Below are positions 1 to 11,704 of a DNA stretch of 64,000 bases, one piece after another (within the stretch, counting starts at the first letter, position 1; every line of letters begins with the position of its first letter). A program made the translations under genes and the position numbers. The notes under the pieces are model-generated. The model had not been told where the DNA came from, ran no database searches, and saw nothing but the letters and a program-made list of their open reading frames with translations. This DNA is from Octopus bimaculoides (taxonomy: Eukaryota): positions 26,859,311-26,923,310 of the forward strand of contig NC_068986.1 of the NCBI RefSeq assembly GCF_001194135.2, in the 5' to 3' direction.

Positions 1-264
1 TTTGAAGTTATAACTATGTTTGTTATTGTTTTTAAATATGTATATGTATGTATATGTGTGTGTGTGGTATGAATGAGCAAAAACAAGAAAAAGCAAAACA
101 AGAGGGACAAGTTTTAACATAGATGTTATTAGTGTAAAGCTTGAAAAGAAAGGGAAAAGGTCTTTAACATTTCGGACCCTAGTCCTTCATCAGAGACGAG
201 AAAACAAAGATGGAACAGTGGTAAATAATGTTCATCCGTTGTCAGCAATGGCCAAGGACAACAC

Positions 265-615
265 ACGGGAGAAGATGGGTCACAGTGTGTCTGGTTGTGG
301 CTGATCAGTCTGATGCATGCTTGAAAGGCTCTGCTGCAGGTTGGGTACTGGTGGTCTGCTGGGAATGAATGCAAGGAGTTGGCTCTGAACTTGTGCAGTT
401 CACATTTTCTTTGTGCTCCTGCAGTCCTGTTCTATTCGTAGGAGGTGGTACCTCTGTTGGTGCAGCTTTGCCAGGCAGGGTGGCCCAGTGCTAGCATTTC
501 TCATTGGGATTGATCTCAATACAATTCAGTGAGGCTTTGAGTGTATCCTTGAAGGGGCTTTCCCTGTCCATTGCCAGTGCACTTGCCTTCTGCCAGTTTG
601 CTGTAGAACGGTCTT
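265..615 (-). mobile_element. Degenerate RTE-clade (BovB-like) LINE ORF2 C-terminus
   Basis: Minus strand reads, with frameshifts, KRPFYSKLAEGKC..GKPFKDTLKASL..INPN..YPTCSRAFQACIRLISHNQTH. This resembles the FKDTLKASL and C2H2-like tail of RTE/BovB ORF2 (motif recall, no database search). Confidence 0.75.
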
Positions 616-761
616 TTTTTGTTCTCATGCCTAATGTCATCCCTCTCACCACCACAGATTAGATTTTTGTCAACTTACTGATTGTTCTTCACTGTCATTA
701 TAACTGAAGACCCATAGCACGGACTGTTTTTATATAGTCATTTTATATCTTTCTCACCTAG

Positions 762-864
762 AAGAAGTTAAATTTGCGAAACTTAAAAAGACGTCGACGT
801 CGCCATCACAGTGGTAGCAGTAATGGATCTGTTGTTTCAGATGAAGAGTCTGATCTCAGCGAAG
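762..864 (+). CDS. SMG5: SMG5 internal exon (KKLNLRNLKRRRRRHHSGSSNGSVVSDEESDLSE-G)
   Basis: Acceptor ctttctcacctag at 761 and donor G|gtaatt at 865, ending in phase 1. The basic RRRR run followed by SDLSEG matches SMG5 and splices in frame to 4659. Confidence 0.88.
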
Positions 865-916
865 GTAATTTTCATTATGTGGTTTCCTTTTTTTTTTATA
901 ATCCCCCCTCTCCACC

Positions 917-1411
917 TCCCTCGTGCTCTCCCTCCCTCGCGCTCTCCCTCCCTCGCGCTCTCCCTCCCTCGCGCTCTCCCTCCCTCGCGCTCTCCCTCCC
1001 TCGCGCTCTCCCTCCCTNNNNNNNNNNNNNNNNNNNNNNNNNNNNNNNNNNNNNNNNNNNNNNNNNNNNNNNNNNNNNNNNNNNNNNNNNNNNNNNNNNN
1101 NNNNNNNNNNNNNNNNNNNNNNNNNNNNNNNNNNNNNNNNNNNNNNNNNNNNNNNNNNNNNNNNNNNNNNNNNNNNNNNNNNNNNNNNNNNNNNNNNNNN
1201 NNNNNNNNNNNNNNNNNNNNNNNNNNNNNNNNNNNNNNNNNNNNNNNNNNNNNNNNNNNNNNNNNNNNNNNNNNNNNNNNNNNNNNNNNNNNNNNNNNNN
1301 NNNNNNNNNNNNNNNNNNNNNNNNNNNNNNNNNNNNNNNNNNNNNNNNNNNNNNNNNNNNNNNNNNNNNNNNNNNNNNNNNNNGCTCTCCCTCCCTCGCG
1401 CTCTCCCTCCC
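917..1411. repeat. 16-bp CpG-rich minisatellite (CTCGCGCTCTCCCTCC)n spanning an N gap
   Basis: About 6 units before the gap at 1018-1383 and 1-2 units after it. Confidence 0.9.
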
Positions 1412-1942
1412 TTCCCCCTCTCCCCATCACCTCTCCTCTGTCTCCTATACCTCTCTCCAGTGATCACTCTCCCTCTTTCCCCTTTTGTCCATCCCCTACT
1501 CACTCTTTTCTTTCTCTCTTTCACATACCTCTCCTTCCCCCTCTAGCCCCATCCTCTTTCTCCTCCTTGCCTCATCTGCCCGCTATGCTCCCACATTCCT
1601 CCTCTCTCATCCCTCATTCTCCACTCTCTGCAATTCCTTATGTAGTCATTTGTTGTTTAATAATTTTTATGTCCATTTTCCTAAGCAAGCATGGGTTAGA
1701 CAAATATTTCATTGAGACATTGTTTTACAGCTGAATGCCCTTTCCCTTGCTAACTCTTACCTGGGTTTTTTTTCTTCTAACAAGTAAGGAATCTCTTATT
1801 TCACACATCTTCAAAGGCACAAAGCCAGCAGATGATTGGTTGACAGGAGAAATAACAATATCACCCCTTGTAGCTCGCAATTTTCAAAGAGGTGCAAATG
1901 TAAACAAACTCATATACATGCTCATGCAAATTGACACATACA

Positions 1943-1974
<32 letters not shown>

Positions 1975-1977
1975 TTA

Positions 1978-2140
1978 TGAGCCTCTTTCAGTACACATCT
2001 ACCACATCCACTCACAAGGCTTTAGTTGACTGGTGACTAATAAGAAGACACTTGCTCAAGGTACCATGCAGTAGGACTGAACCTGAGGCCACATCGTTGG
2101 AAAGCTAACTTGACAAACGCTCAGTCATGCCTGTGCCTAT
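1978..2140 (-). mobile_element. tRNA-derived SINE family A, 5' part
   Basis: Reverse complement of the family A head and core (gtggat..gtaga..ctgaaaga, ggtaccttgagcaagt); same family as 17388. Confidence 0.75.
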
Positions 2141-2891
2141 CTCTTTTAATTTCCTTCTTCTTTTATGATTTCCGTTAATAATTTTTACTTTTTGAAATTT
2201 TTGAATTTTTGAATTTTTTTTTAAGATTTTATATCACCTTTAATTATTTTTATTTCACGAACTTACATTTCATGACTATTAATCTGACACAGTTAAGAGA
2301 GGAAGTTGATGGGGAGTATGCAAAGCATTAAACTAATTCATTTTACTAACATAAAAACAACTTATCTATTTATTTTGTTCCTAATTTTCTAAACTTTCAA
2401 AAATTCAGTACAATCCTTTCGTTCACTTTTTCTTATTATTTTTATTGCCTTCAGCCACTAAACTGATTTCCATTTTATTTATTTTTCCACAGCTTCTTAT
2501 TTCATTTTTGTCAAACTATTATTATTTGTTAAAGAACACAAACATTTTTTTTTCCTCCTGAAGAATTTAAAACAAATATTGTAAATATTAGCCTACATTC
2601 TTGATTCACTGATTAGGAAGTGAATTACACTATTGATGTCATGCCTTTATACAGTGTGTATTTTTTCTTCTTTTCTTTTTTCTTTTGTTATGAAAATGAT
2701 TTCCTTAGCGGAAGTGCTTATTGCTTCTAGTATCTTGCATGTCACAATCTTCCATGATGTGAACTTTAATGAATTTAATGTTTAAGGTAATGCTAGTGTT
2801 TCTGATAGAACCAGGAAGCTGTTGCTCTCATTATGAGCCAAAAATGTTTTAATATAGAAAGATGAATTGATAGAAATATATAAAAGAATTG

Positions 2892-2927
2892 TGTATGTGT
2901 GTATACGCACACACCTGTGTGTACATA

Positions 2928-2975
<48 letters not shown>

Positions 2976-3001
2976 CATGCACCTCTGTGTATGAGTACAT
3001 A

Positions 3002-3036
<35 letters not shown>

Positions 3037-3100
3037 ATACATGCACCTGTGTGTATGTGTGTATACACACACATACACACACACAGAGCTGCGTGTGTGT
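2892..3100. repeat. Compound (GT)n / ACACCTGTG microsatellite
   Basis: GT runs punctuated by a repeated (at)acacctgtgtg motif. Confidence 0.9.
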
Positions 3101-3106
3101 ACATAT

Positions 3107-4560
3107 TGTCATTTAACATCCATGCTCCATGCTGGCTTAGGTTGGATGGTTTGACAAAAATCTGATGAGTTCAAGAACTGCATTGTGCTCCAGTGTCTGC
3201 TTTGGCAAGGTTTCTATGGCTGGATGCCCTTCCTAATGCCAACTACTTTACGGTGTGTACTTGGTGCTTTTTTCATGTTACCAGCAGTATTGAGGTCACC
3301 ATGTACCTCACAAGTCTACAAATCCAAGGTGTTTGGTGAAGCGTCTTTGTGTTAGGTGGGAATTAAAGTATGCGAGGTTGGGGCAGAGCAAGTTCTTGTG
3401 GAGAAGTTACATGTCTACTCACATTTAGGAGAGAGAGTAAGAATGAATTGGTAGTACCTTCAAAGAAATAGACAGTGGTGATGAGGTGCCCAAGTGGCAT
3501 CTCAGGTAGGAAGAGTAGTAGTGGGTAGGGGTTTACAGGAGTGTACGAGGGTAGAGATAGGGGAAGTGGGTAAGAGGAAGGTAGGTGGACAGCATTCTGT
3601 AAATATTGGGAAGGGATGAAAGGATGTGGTGCTTGAGTTGTGGAGGCTAGAGGGATGCTAGCAGCAAAGTTATAACGAAGATACCATTGTCAGGAGCAGA
3701 GTAGAGGGATAGAGACATAGTGCATGAGGAGTGATTATTTGGTGGTCCAAGGAGAGGGGATAGGAAGGCCACTGTTTTCCTTACTGTGGGTTTGGCTCAG
3801 GACTCACCGCTTCATCCCATGTCTTCTTGAGTCTTCTTTGTCCACAGGCTCCAGCCACATAAGTGATCAGTATTTTATACAGCTGTTCTCATCCATACTC
3901 ATTATATGTCTGCACCAGTGCAGTCTTCTTTCTTGCACATTGCATCTGATTCCTCTTATGCCCATCTGTCTCTCAGCACATTTATGCTATGTTGAGGCAT
4001 ATTTACATATCCAATAACACATGGTTGTTTCATTTCTTTCCAAGTCCTTTGCATTCAAGGCTCATATCTCACTACCATGCAGCATTGCAGGTCAAACACA
4101 AGCATCATGCAATCTGCCTTTCACTCTGTGGGAAAAGACCATTGTTGCCAGCAATGGTAGTGGCTCCCTAAATTTTTTCGAACCTGTTCTTAGCCTGGTT
4201 ACTATACGTTCACAACAACCATTTCCCTTACTGATGACATCTCCTATGTAGCAAAAACTATCAACTATCTCTAGTGAGCCATCTGGGCATTCAAGGAGTT
4301 CTATTTCTGGTGTGTTCATGGGACATACTGTTTCAGTGCATCTATCACGTATGAAGCTTAGTCTGCCTGTGATTGCTCTACATCCATAGCTTATATTCAG
4401 TGCAGTGTATGGACCTTATACCTACTCCTTTTCTGTCTATCCAGCAATGCCATTTCTGTGTGGGTACCAGGGTTCTGTCTTCTTTCCTCCTAATAAATTG
4501 TTTTTTGATTGAACATCAGGATGCTCATATGAAACCCATGGGAAAGTCCATCATAAAAAT
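3107..4560 (-). mobile_element. 5'-truncated RTE LINE remnant: ORF2 end, 3' UTR and tail
   Basis: Minus strand reads EIVDSFCYIGDVIS..KKFREPLPLL..RVKGRLHDACV*PAMLHGSE..QERRLHWCRHIMSMDENS..RRLKKTWDEAV, typical post-RT RTE motifs. It runs into the recurrent 3' end ctggatgcccttcctaatgccaac. Confidence 0.85.
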
Positions 4561-4658
4561 GTTAAATTGACACTTATTTCATAATTATCCATTTTGTAAT
4601 CATTCCCCCTCCCCTCCCATTTGAAATGATTCAAAATCTGTATTTTATTTGATTTCAG

Positions 4659-5150
4659 GTGGTGAAGACATTATTGAAGAGGATGATATGTTAACCGAGG
4701 AATCTGACGATGACCTTGGCAGTTACTTGGAACATGATTCAGATTCTGATCTCTCTGACACACTGATCGATGGGCAGGATTTGCCCTCAAACTTCTCATT
4801 AACTGGCAAAAATAACCAGCTTTTGACAAACGGCGCAGGACTAATCGATTTTCGTTCCAACATTGCTGCAGTTGCAGCCGCAGCTGAAGCTGTTGCTGCA
4901 GCTTCTGGCGTTAATGGTAGCTGGAACATTAGGCATTCAAATTCTTGCAACTCTAATATTTGGACTGATGCTGCCACCAATGTCAGTCTTGTCCATTTTT
5001 CTACTGAACTCTTGTCTACATCTGCAACATTCCTTGGACAGAAATTGGAGCTCAATCTTAAAAACTCCAAAGTGGGCACATCAGATAACAGTGTGGATTA
5101 CACTTCATACAAAGACAATAACTATGAACTGAAGAATATGATGCTTTCTG
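4659..5150 (+). CDS. SMG5: SMG5 internal exon, 492 nt, acidic/Ala-rich linker
   Basis: Acceptor tttgatttcag at 4658, donor G|gtatgt at 5151, phase 1-1, fully open frame GEDIIEEDDMLTEESDDD..AAVAAAAEAVAAASG..ELKNMMLS. Confidence 0.85.
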
Positions 5151-5284
5151 GTATGTATTTATTTCTGTTTTTTTTTTTTTTCTTGACTGACTTTGCTTTT
5201 GGAGTAGCTTTTCTTTCTTCTTTTAGTAACTTTTTTTTTTAGGTTGATCTGTCATATGTAATCATGTAGTTATTGTGCAGAAAC

Positions 5285-5331
<47 letters not shown>

Positions 5332-6264
5332 TAATGTATATCAACAAAGAAGCTAAAAATTAGCAAGAAACTTGCAAAACCAAAGCTTTGCAAGTGAAAG
5401 GCCTTTGCGATATTTGTTAGTGATGTGTTACATTTGGAAGAGCCATTAGAACATTGAAGAGACAGCCTTGCAGTATTCAGTTCTGGCTTTGTGTTCTGAG
5501 ATCAAATTCTTCCATGGTCAACTTTGCCTTTCATCATTTTGAGGTTAATAATAAAGTACCAATCCAGGTTAGTGGATTGTCAGAATTGTTTAGAGAGGTG
5601 GGCAAATTGCTATGCAGTATTTGTTCTGATCCTTTGCATTTTGACAGCAATGCTTATGATAACAGTGACACCAAATCAGCAGCCTTTCTCTTGGGTAAAT
5701 GTCAGTGGTATGGAGTGGAGAGACTTGCATTTACGGACAACAGCATGTCTTACTCAAAAAAATCTTGTCCAGGATTGCACATGTATGTGCAAATGCATGG
5801 TCAGACAGACTACCTTGTAACATCTGTTTAGGCTGTTTGTATTCTGATGGTAATACTTGCAATAACATTGGTGCCAAGTATTGGCACTTGTATCATCATC
5901 TTTCCCTTGGACAACATCAGTAGCCTGGAGAGCAAAGCTTTCTGGGCATAAAAACAACATTGGTGAGATGCAGGTCTGAGCAATCTGCAAATCTGTAGTT
6001 TTATGAGATGTGTACGAGAGATACTTGGTTGTCCAGTTGGGAAAGATAGAGGTTGCTGATACATCTTCACTACCATCCTTTATCTTTTCCAACTGGGGTA
6101 ACTGTGTATCTCACCCTGTTCCTGTCCTCTTATCATGCTATAATCTCTCATCACCTGGTATAAAGCCACCTTCCTCGATACTACCCTCCATTCAATTGAG
6201 AGATCTTGTGAGTTACTTGGTGACCTTACTAGTGTTAGGACTATGTAAAAAGCACCCAGAACAC

Positions 6265-6420
6265 TCTAAAATGGTTGGCATTAGAAAGGTCATCCAGTCA
6301 TAGAAACCATGCTAAAGCTGACATCAGAGTTTGATGTACTCCTCTGGCTTTTCAGATCCTGTCAAATTGTCCAACACATACCAACATGGAAAATAGACAT
6401 TAAGTGATGATGATAATGAT
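6265..6420 (+). mobile_element. RTE 3'-end fragment with (GAT)n tail
   Basis: ggttggcattagaaaggtcatccag..catggaaaatagacattaagtgatgatgat, a diverged copy of the RTE tail. Confidence 0.7.
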
Positions 6421-7213
6421 CTGGTGACTTCTGATATTTAAATGTTGCAGCAATTTTAATGTCTTTAGACAAGAAAATATTGTGTGAATTATGTGACTTA
6501 AATTCATGTGATTAACAAAGAAGAATTATTTATCATCAAACCACTTTTTGAAAGTAAAAATTTGTTCCATGATTGCTCTCAAAGTTTTCTAAATATTTAT
6601 GCTCTTATGTATGTGTCTTATGGGAAATGTAATAAAGTTATATGTCCTTTAATTTTAAAAGCGTTACCATAGCCCATGAGACTCATTAGAGGCGTGGTTA
6701 TTACTAGCAGAGAATTGGTTTTGGAATTTGCAATCCTCTCAACTACCCTTATTTATGTATTTGTTTTGTTTCAAGCAATTCAATGCTGTTTTAGTTACGT
6801 TCCTTCTAGCAAAGTTTGCAGTGAAACAGTACAAAGAAGTATCCATTGTTCCACATGTATTTTTTTTTGTTGTATATAATTAGAAGAAATATTTTTAGTA
6901 GTTATATAGTTAATTGAGACAGTTAATAGCCCTCATACTGTCTTTGGCATCAAAAAGAATTTCTTATTTTAAGACTTAACTGCATTTTAAATGAATCTCT
7001 GAAGAATAATCAAGACACTATTATCAAGAATGTGACCCAGGTGGATCGAAATACACAGTGCTAATAATAACATTTAGTTGTAAATAGGAAAATATTATCA
7101 ATGACTTAGTTGAATCTGGTGTTTTCAGTTGACTGGAAATTTTTTTTCTTTGCAAAACATATCCAAAAATGTCTCTTGGTATTTTGATAATTTCTGTATT
7201 CATAATCTACTAG

Positions 7214-7318
7214 GTTATAACTCTGTAGAAGATTGGCATTCTGCTGAAATAACTCAGAAGCTTCATGATTTTGTGATAGAAACTGATACTGAGACAAGCC
7301 GTGGACCTACAGATACCG
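7214..7318 (+). CDS. SMG5: SMG5 internal exon, 105 nt (GYNSVEDWHSAEITQKLHDFVIETDTETSRGPTDT)
   Basis: Donor G|gtaaga at 7319. The acceptor ctactag at 7213 is preceded by an 83-nt stretch with no AG (7129-7211). Phase 1-1 links 5150 to 7954. An in-frame alternative start at 7229 is possible. Confidence 0.7.
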
Positions 7319-7953
7319 GTAAGAAATTCCAGTTAGTTATTTACAACCATTTTTTCAATTAACTCAATGATACTTGTTGAAAACACTTATTTCGCTTTTT
7401 ATTTCTTTGCATTTAATTTTTGTATTGAAAAGCTGCATACCTCATGGGGTGCAGATCAGAGAACAGGATATGAAGAAGACCCATAAGCTTGTAAAATAGT
7501 TATCAGTTAATAGAGAATCTGCACAGTTTTGCAGTGTGGCATCTTCCCATTTTTCTCAGTCCTTTGTCCATTTGACTTTGGTAATCCAATGTCTTTAGCT
7601 CTAACCTCATTTGAATATATCTTTGCCATGTGCGTCTTCCAAACTAATTCACACATCTCTGGAAGCAAAATTATCCATCTATAGTTGATTGATAGTATTG
7701 AATTTCAATAAGTGCTTGAGAAATTAAGATTCTTGTGATCCATGAATTGAATGGGATATAAGACAGGAATCAAAATCAAATCATTGATATTGATTTGGCT
7801 CACAGGGAGCTTACATCTTCTGTACAACACTCATCATTGTGACTCAGACTAATCACTTTATTAGCATTTCTCAGAATTGTAAACTCTGTTTCTTTTTTAT
7901 CATTCTTTTCTTTGAGTGATTGTTTCTCATGTAATTATTGCTTTTCTTTTCAG

Positions 7954-8008
7954 AATTGTCTAGCGCTCTGAGTGAAACAGATGCTGAAGGAGATACCCAG
8001 TTAGATAG
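7954..8008 (+). CDS. SMG5: SMG5 internal exon, 55 nt (ELSSALSETDAEGDTQLD-R)
   Basis: Acceptor cttttcttttcag, donor AG|gtaaag, phase 1-2, consistent with both neighbours. Confidence 0.82.
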
Positions 8009-8039
8009 GTAAAGATATTAATTTCATCAGTATTTCATA

Positions 8040-8205
8040 TTCATCATCATTTAACATCCACTTTTCTATGCTTGCATGGGTCAGATGGAATTTGTTGAGG
8101 CAAATTTCCATGGCCAGATGCCCTTCCTGTTGCCAATGTTCATCTGTTTCCAAGCAAGGTAATATTTCCCATGGCCCAAATTTTTTTTTCATAGAAGATT
8201 GGAAA
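8040..8205 (-). mobile_element. RTE-tail-related repeat, variant D
   Basis: catcatcatttaacatcc..gggtcagatggaatttgttgaggca..gatgcccttcctgttgccaa. Related copies at about 11485, 29290, 46360, 59445 and 60160. Confidence 0.7.
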
Positions 8206-9087
8206 CAATCAACATTGAGCAACATAAGGCATTCTTTTATCTAGGTGGCCAAATTTGGAATGGAAGTGTCTTCTCCAAGGGCATTGTAGCCAGAATAACA
8301 ACAGGATTTTCTCTTTGTTTTAATGAAAGTAGATTGCCTGTTACTTGTGCTTAAAGTTGTTGCTGTATGGTAGTGAAACATGGGCATTGGCTACATAGGA
8401 TGAGTGGTGATTAGAAAGAAATATAGTTCACTTCCCTGGATGTATCATATTTGTGTGTGTGTGAATGACAGAGCACAAATGAACTGAAAGAGAAGCTAGG
8501 TATAAGAGGAGGCAGATGTAGTGTGTAAAGGGGCAAGATTGCACTGGTACAGATATGTGATATATATGGAGGGTGACACTTAAATATAGAAGTTTTAAGA
8601 AATTCAAGTGGAAGGAACTTGTGGATGAGGTAGACTGTGGAAACATTGGTAGAAGTGGTACAAACTGACTTACGGTTGCTGTAGATCATAAGATAGTGAA
8701 TGATAAGTGGAGAGACATTCTGTTGGAGAACACTCAACTGTCCCATGCAAGCATGGAAAAATGGATGTAAAACGACTATGATGATGAGGAAGAGTTCATT
8801 AAACACTATCATAACATTAAAAAAAATCATATGTGGTACTTTAAAACAAGGAGGTTCCTGTTTTGCTAATTTTCCATTTATTTACTTAAAGAATAATAAA
8901 GAGCCATTTGCTATATATGTATATATATATATATATATATATTGTATCTCCTTTTGGTTTCTTCCTCTGTTTTTTGGTATTATATATGTATTTACTTGTC
9001 TATAAGATGCACTCCTGTATAAGTCTTTATCAGTTAAAATCAAATATAGTGTGACCTACACATGAATAAATATGGTGTGTGTGTATG

Positions 9088-9090
<3 letters not shown>

Positions 9091-9167
<77 letters not shown>
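9091..9167. repeat. (AC)n microsatellite
   Basis: Uninterrupted AC run ending about 35 nt upstream of the 9202 acceptor. Confidence 0.95.
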
Positions 9168-9169
<2 letters not shown>

Positions 9170-9201
9170 TATAAACTGAATTATATATTTTGTTTATTCA
9201 G

Positions 9202-9331
9202 GAATGAAAATGACCGTCTACATTTACAACATGTCATTGAAGTAATTCAAAACGAAGGCTTGCTCCATGTTGTTAAAGTGTTGTGTGATTGGATGAAGTG
9301 TCATGCCAGCGTGATCACAACCTGTGCACAG
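9202..9331 (+). CDS. SMG5: SMG5 conserved exon (R-NENDRLHLQHVIEVIQNEGLLHVVKVLCDWMKCHASVITTCAQ)
   Basis: Acceptor tgtttattcag, donor CAG|gtaggt, phase 2-0. Strong match to SMG5 EGLLPAVKVFLDWL..IIVCAQ. Confidence 0.93.
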
Positions 9332-9424
9332 GTAGGTGCTTGATACATTTTCTTTTCTGATTATTCCATCAGGAGCTAGATTAAAAGCCACCCTATCGGG
9401 CAGCTTTTAAGTTAGTATACAGAA

Positions 9425-9468
<44 letters not shown>

Positions 9469-10819
9469 TTGATATTTTTGCTATGCTAGCATGAATAATA
9501 TAATATTATTCACAGGGTTCTGCTGAGCACAATGCTTGGGAAGCAAACTTCTTAACCACAAAGCCATGTTTGCTAGTAATTTGTGTGTTTATATGACTGT
9601 GTTTGGCAAGAAAACCTCAGGTTTTGACAGTTCAACGTCTATCTGTAAGCCTCAGTTGTGTGTGTTTATGGTTAGCCATATGGATATGGAAAATAGCCCT
9701 GTAGCTGCTAGCTTTATATTGTAACAGTTGCTTGAACCTGGTTGTTCAGGTTGAGTAGACTTATGATCAGACATTCTAACAATGACCATCTCACCTTTTC
9801 ATATATATAGTTTATCTCAGATTACATTTTCCAATACCCTTTCCTTTTGTAAAGCTGGCAGAATGTGATTTGAGAGTAAGTTAGCTGTTGTTTCTTGCAG
9901 ATTGAGCTACCCGTCCACATAGTGGCTCACTTCATAATATATGCGAAAGTCAAGTTAGGCTGACAGTGTTCCTTTCTCTCCAGGCTATTTTGACTAAGAT
10001 CAGAAACCATAAGGGTGAAGAATAACAGAACTGAATTAAATTGAAATGCTATGACCACGAATTGAACTTGCAGCACAGACGCAGTTTGCCGAAAGCTTAA
10101 TACCTCTTTTCGGCACTTGCATGTATAAATGTATAAAAAATAGTCTGTCTTTAAGTAACAAGTTAATACTTTTCATGATTTTTGCTTTCTGATCTCCCAC
10201 CAGCTACCCTAGTCTCATTAATTGGATTGATAAACTGATTTTAGATGAAACTGAAATGCTACAAATAATCTCTATCAAGACTATTTTGTTTTTGTGTGCA
10301 TTTACTTCGTTTTCGTTTTGTGTTTTTCTTTTAAGTTGCTTTGGAGAGAGAGAGAGAGAGAGAGAGAGAGGCAGGAAAAAAATTATTTTTCTTCTTTCCT
10401 CTTTCGCCATTCATTTCGTTCAAGTTATTTCAGGCCATAGGGAAAATAGTAGTTACCTCCCTTGGGTCGTTTTGTCAGTTGCATGAGCGTGGGGTGGTGG
10501 TGGTGGTGGTGGTGGCCTTGGCGACGGCGGCGGCGAGGAAGAGGCATAGAAATTAAAAGACCTCCGTTGTTATTTTCCAATAGGAATTGAACATTCCCAG
10601 CTCACCCATCCCCACCCCACTAACTCATTCAATCATGATTATTGTTTTTGTCATATTCTGCAAGATAATTGAGTTAGGAATCCCACCATCACCTAATTAA
10701 TTTTCTGTAATTTAATACAGAATGTCAGGTGCTGGAGAAAAAGCGTGATTAAAAATTATCTTCTCTTTCGAATTTGATTTTTAATAACTCAGAGAATATT
10801 TGGTAGCTGTCTATTATTA

Positions 10820-10863
<44 letters not shown>

Positions 10864-11704
10864 TGACTATTTATTTTATTTTTTTTGGCTGCAGGTGTCT
10901 GTCTGATGAGTGCATCAACCTTTTACTTTCTGCTTTGTTGTTTAGTCATGCATTCATTCGTATTAATTGTGTGTGTGCATGTGTGTAGGAGGCATGTAAA
11001 TTAGTCCATCAGTTCTGTATTCTAATGAAATGCTCCTCTTTTTCTTTTTTCTTTGTCCATAGCATGAAATTAAGAGTATGGAGCTGTTTGACTAATTGCT
11101 AGTGATGATACGACTGATGATGGATTAATTTTATCGTATTCATTATTACAATTTTGTGAATATTCCAAATGATTTATTATAGCTGCTGCTGTTGTTGTTG
11201 TTGTTATTATTGTTGTTGTTAATATTAGTGTTATTAATTATTGGTATTTTGTAATATTTAGTTATCTCACATTTTCAGATTCTAAAATTGCATCAGGGAA
11301 GATTTTACCATTTTTTTCTTCTAGTATTTGTGAATTCAGTATCGGTAATATACTGTGGTTCATTCAATCAACTGCATCTTCTGCCAACATTTTTGGCCTT
11401 GAGCCAATGTTGGAAATCATTATTTTTAATGCTGTAATAATTAATCTTGTTAGATTATTATGAGTATTGTGGTTGTTCATCATCATTGTTATTTAACGTC
11501 ACTTTTCAATTCTTGTATGGGTCATACAGAATTTGTTTTCCATGTTCTGATGTCCTTCCTGTCATTAACCTTTGCTTGTTTCCCTGCAAGGTAATATTTT
11601 CCCATAACTAGACATGTTTTTCATGCAAGTCTGTAAACAAAAACCTGACAGTAATGCTCATTTGCAATCACTACATGATGTCATGACTAGGGTACACACA
11701 AACC

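Noticed and set aside
774-1734. Long ORFs of 197-307 aa in several frames
   Set aside because: They read through the 16-bp minisatellite and an N gap. Only 762-864 is coding.
5454-5831. 125-aa ORF as an SMG5 exon
   Set aside because: It starts in SINE B sequence, has no convincing splice pair, and shows no SMG5 similarity. Flanking exons already join in phase.
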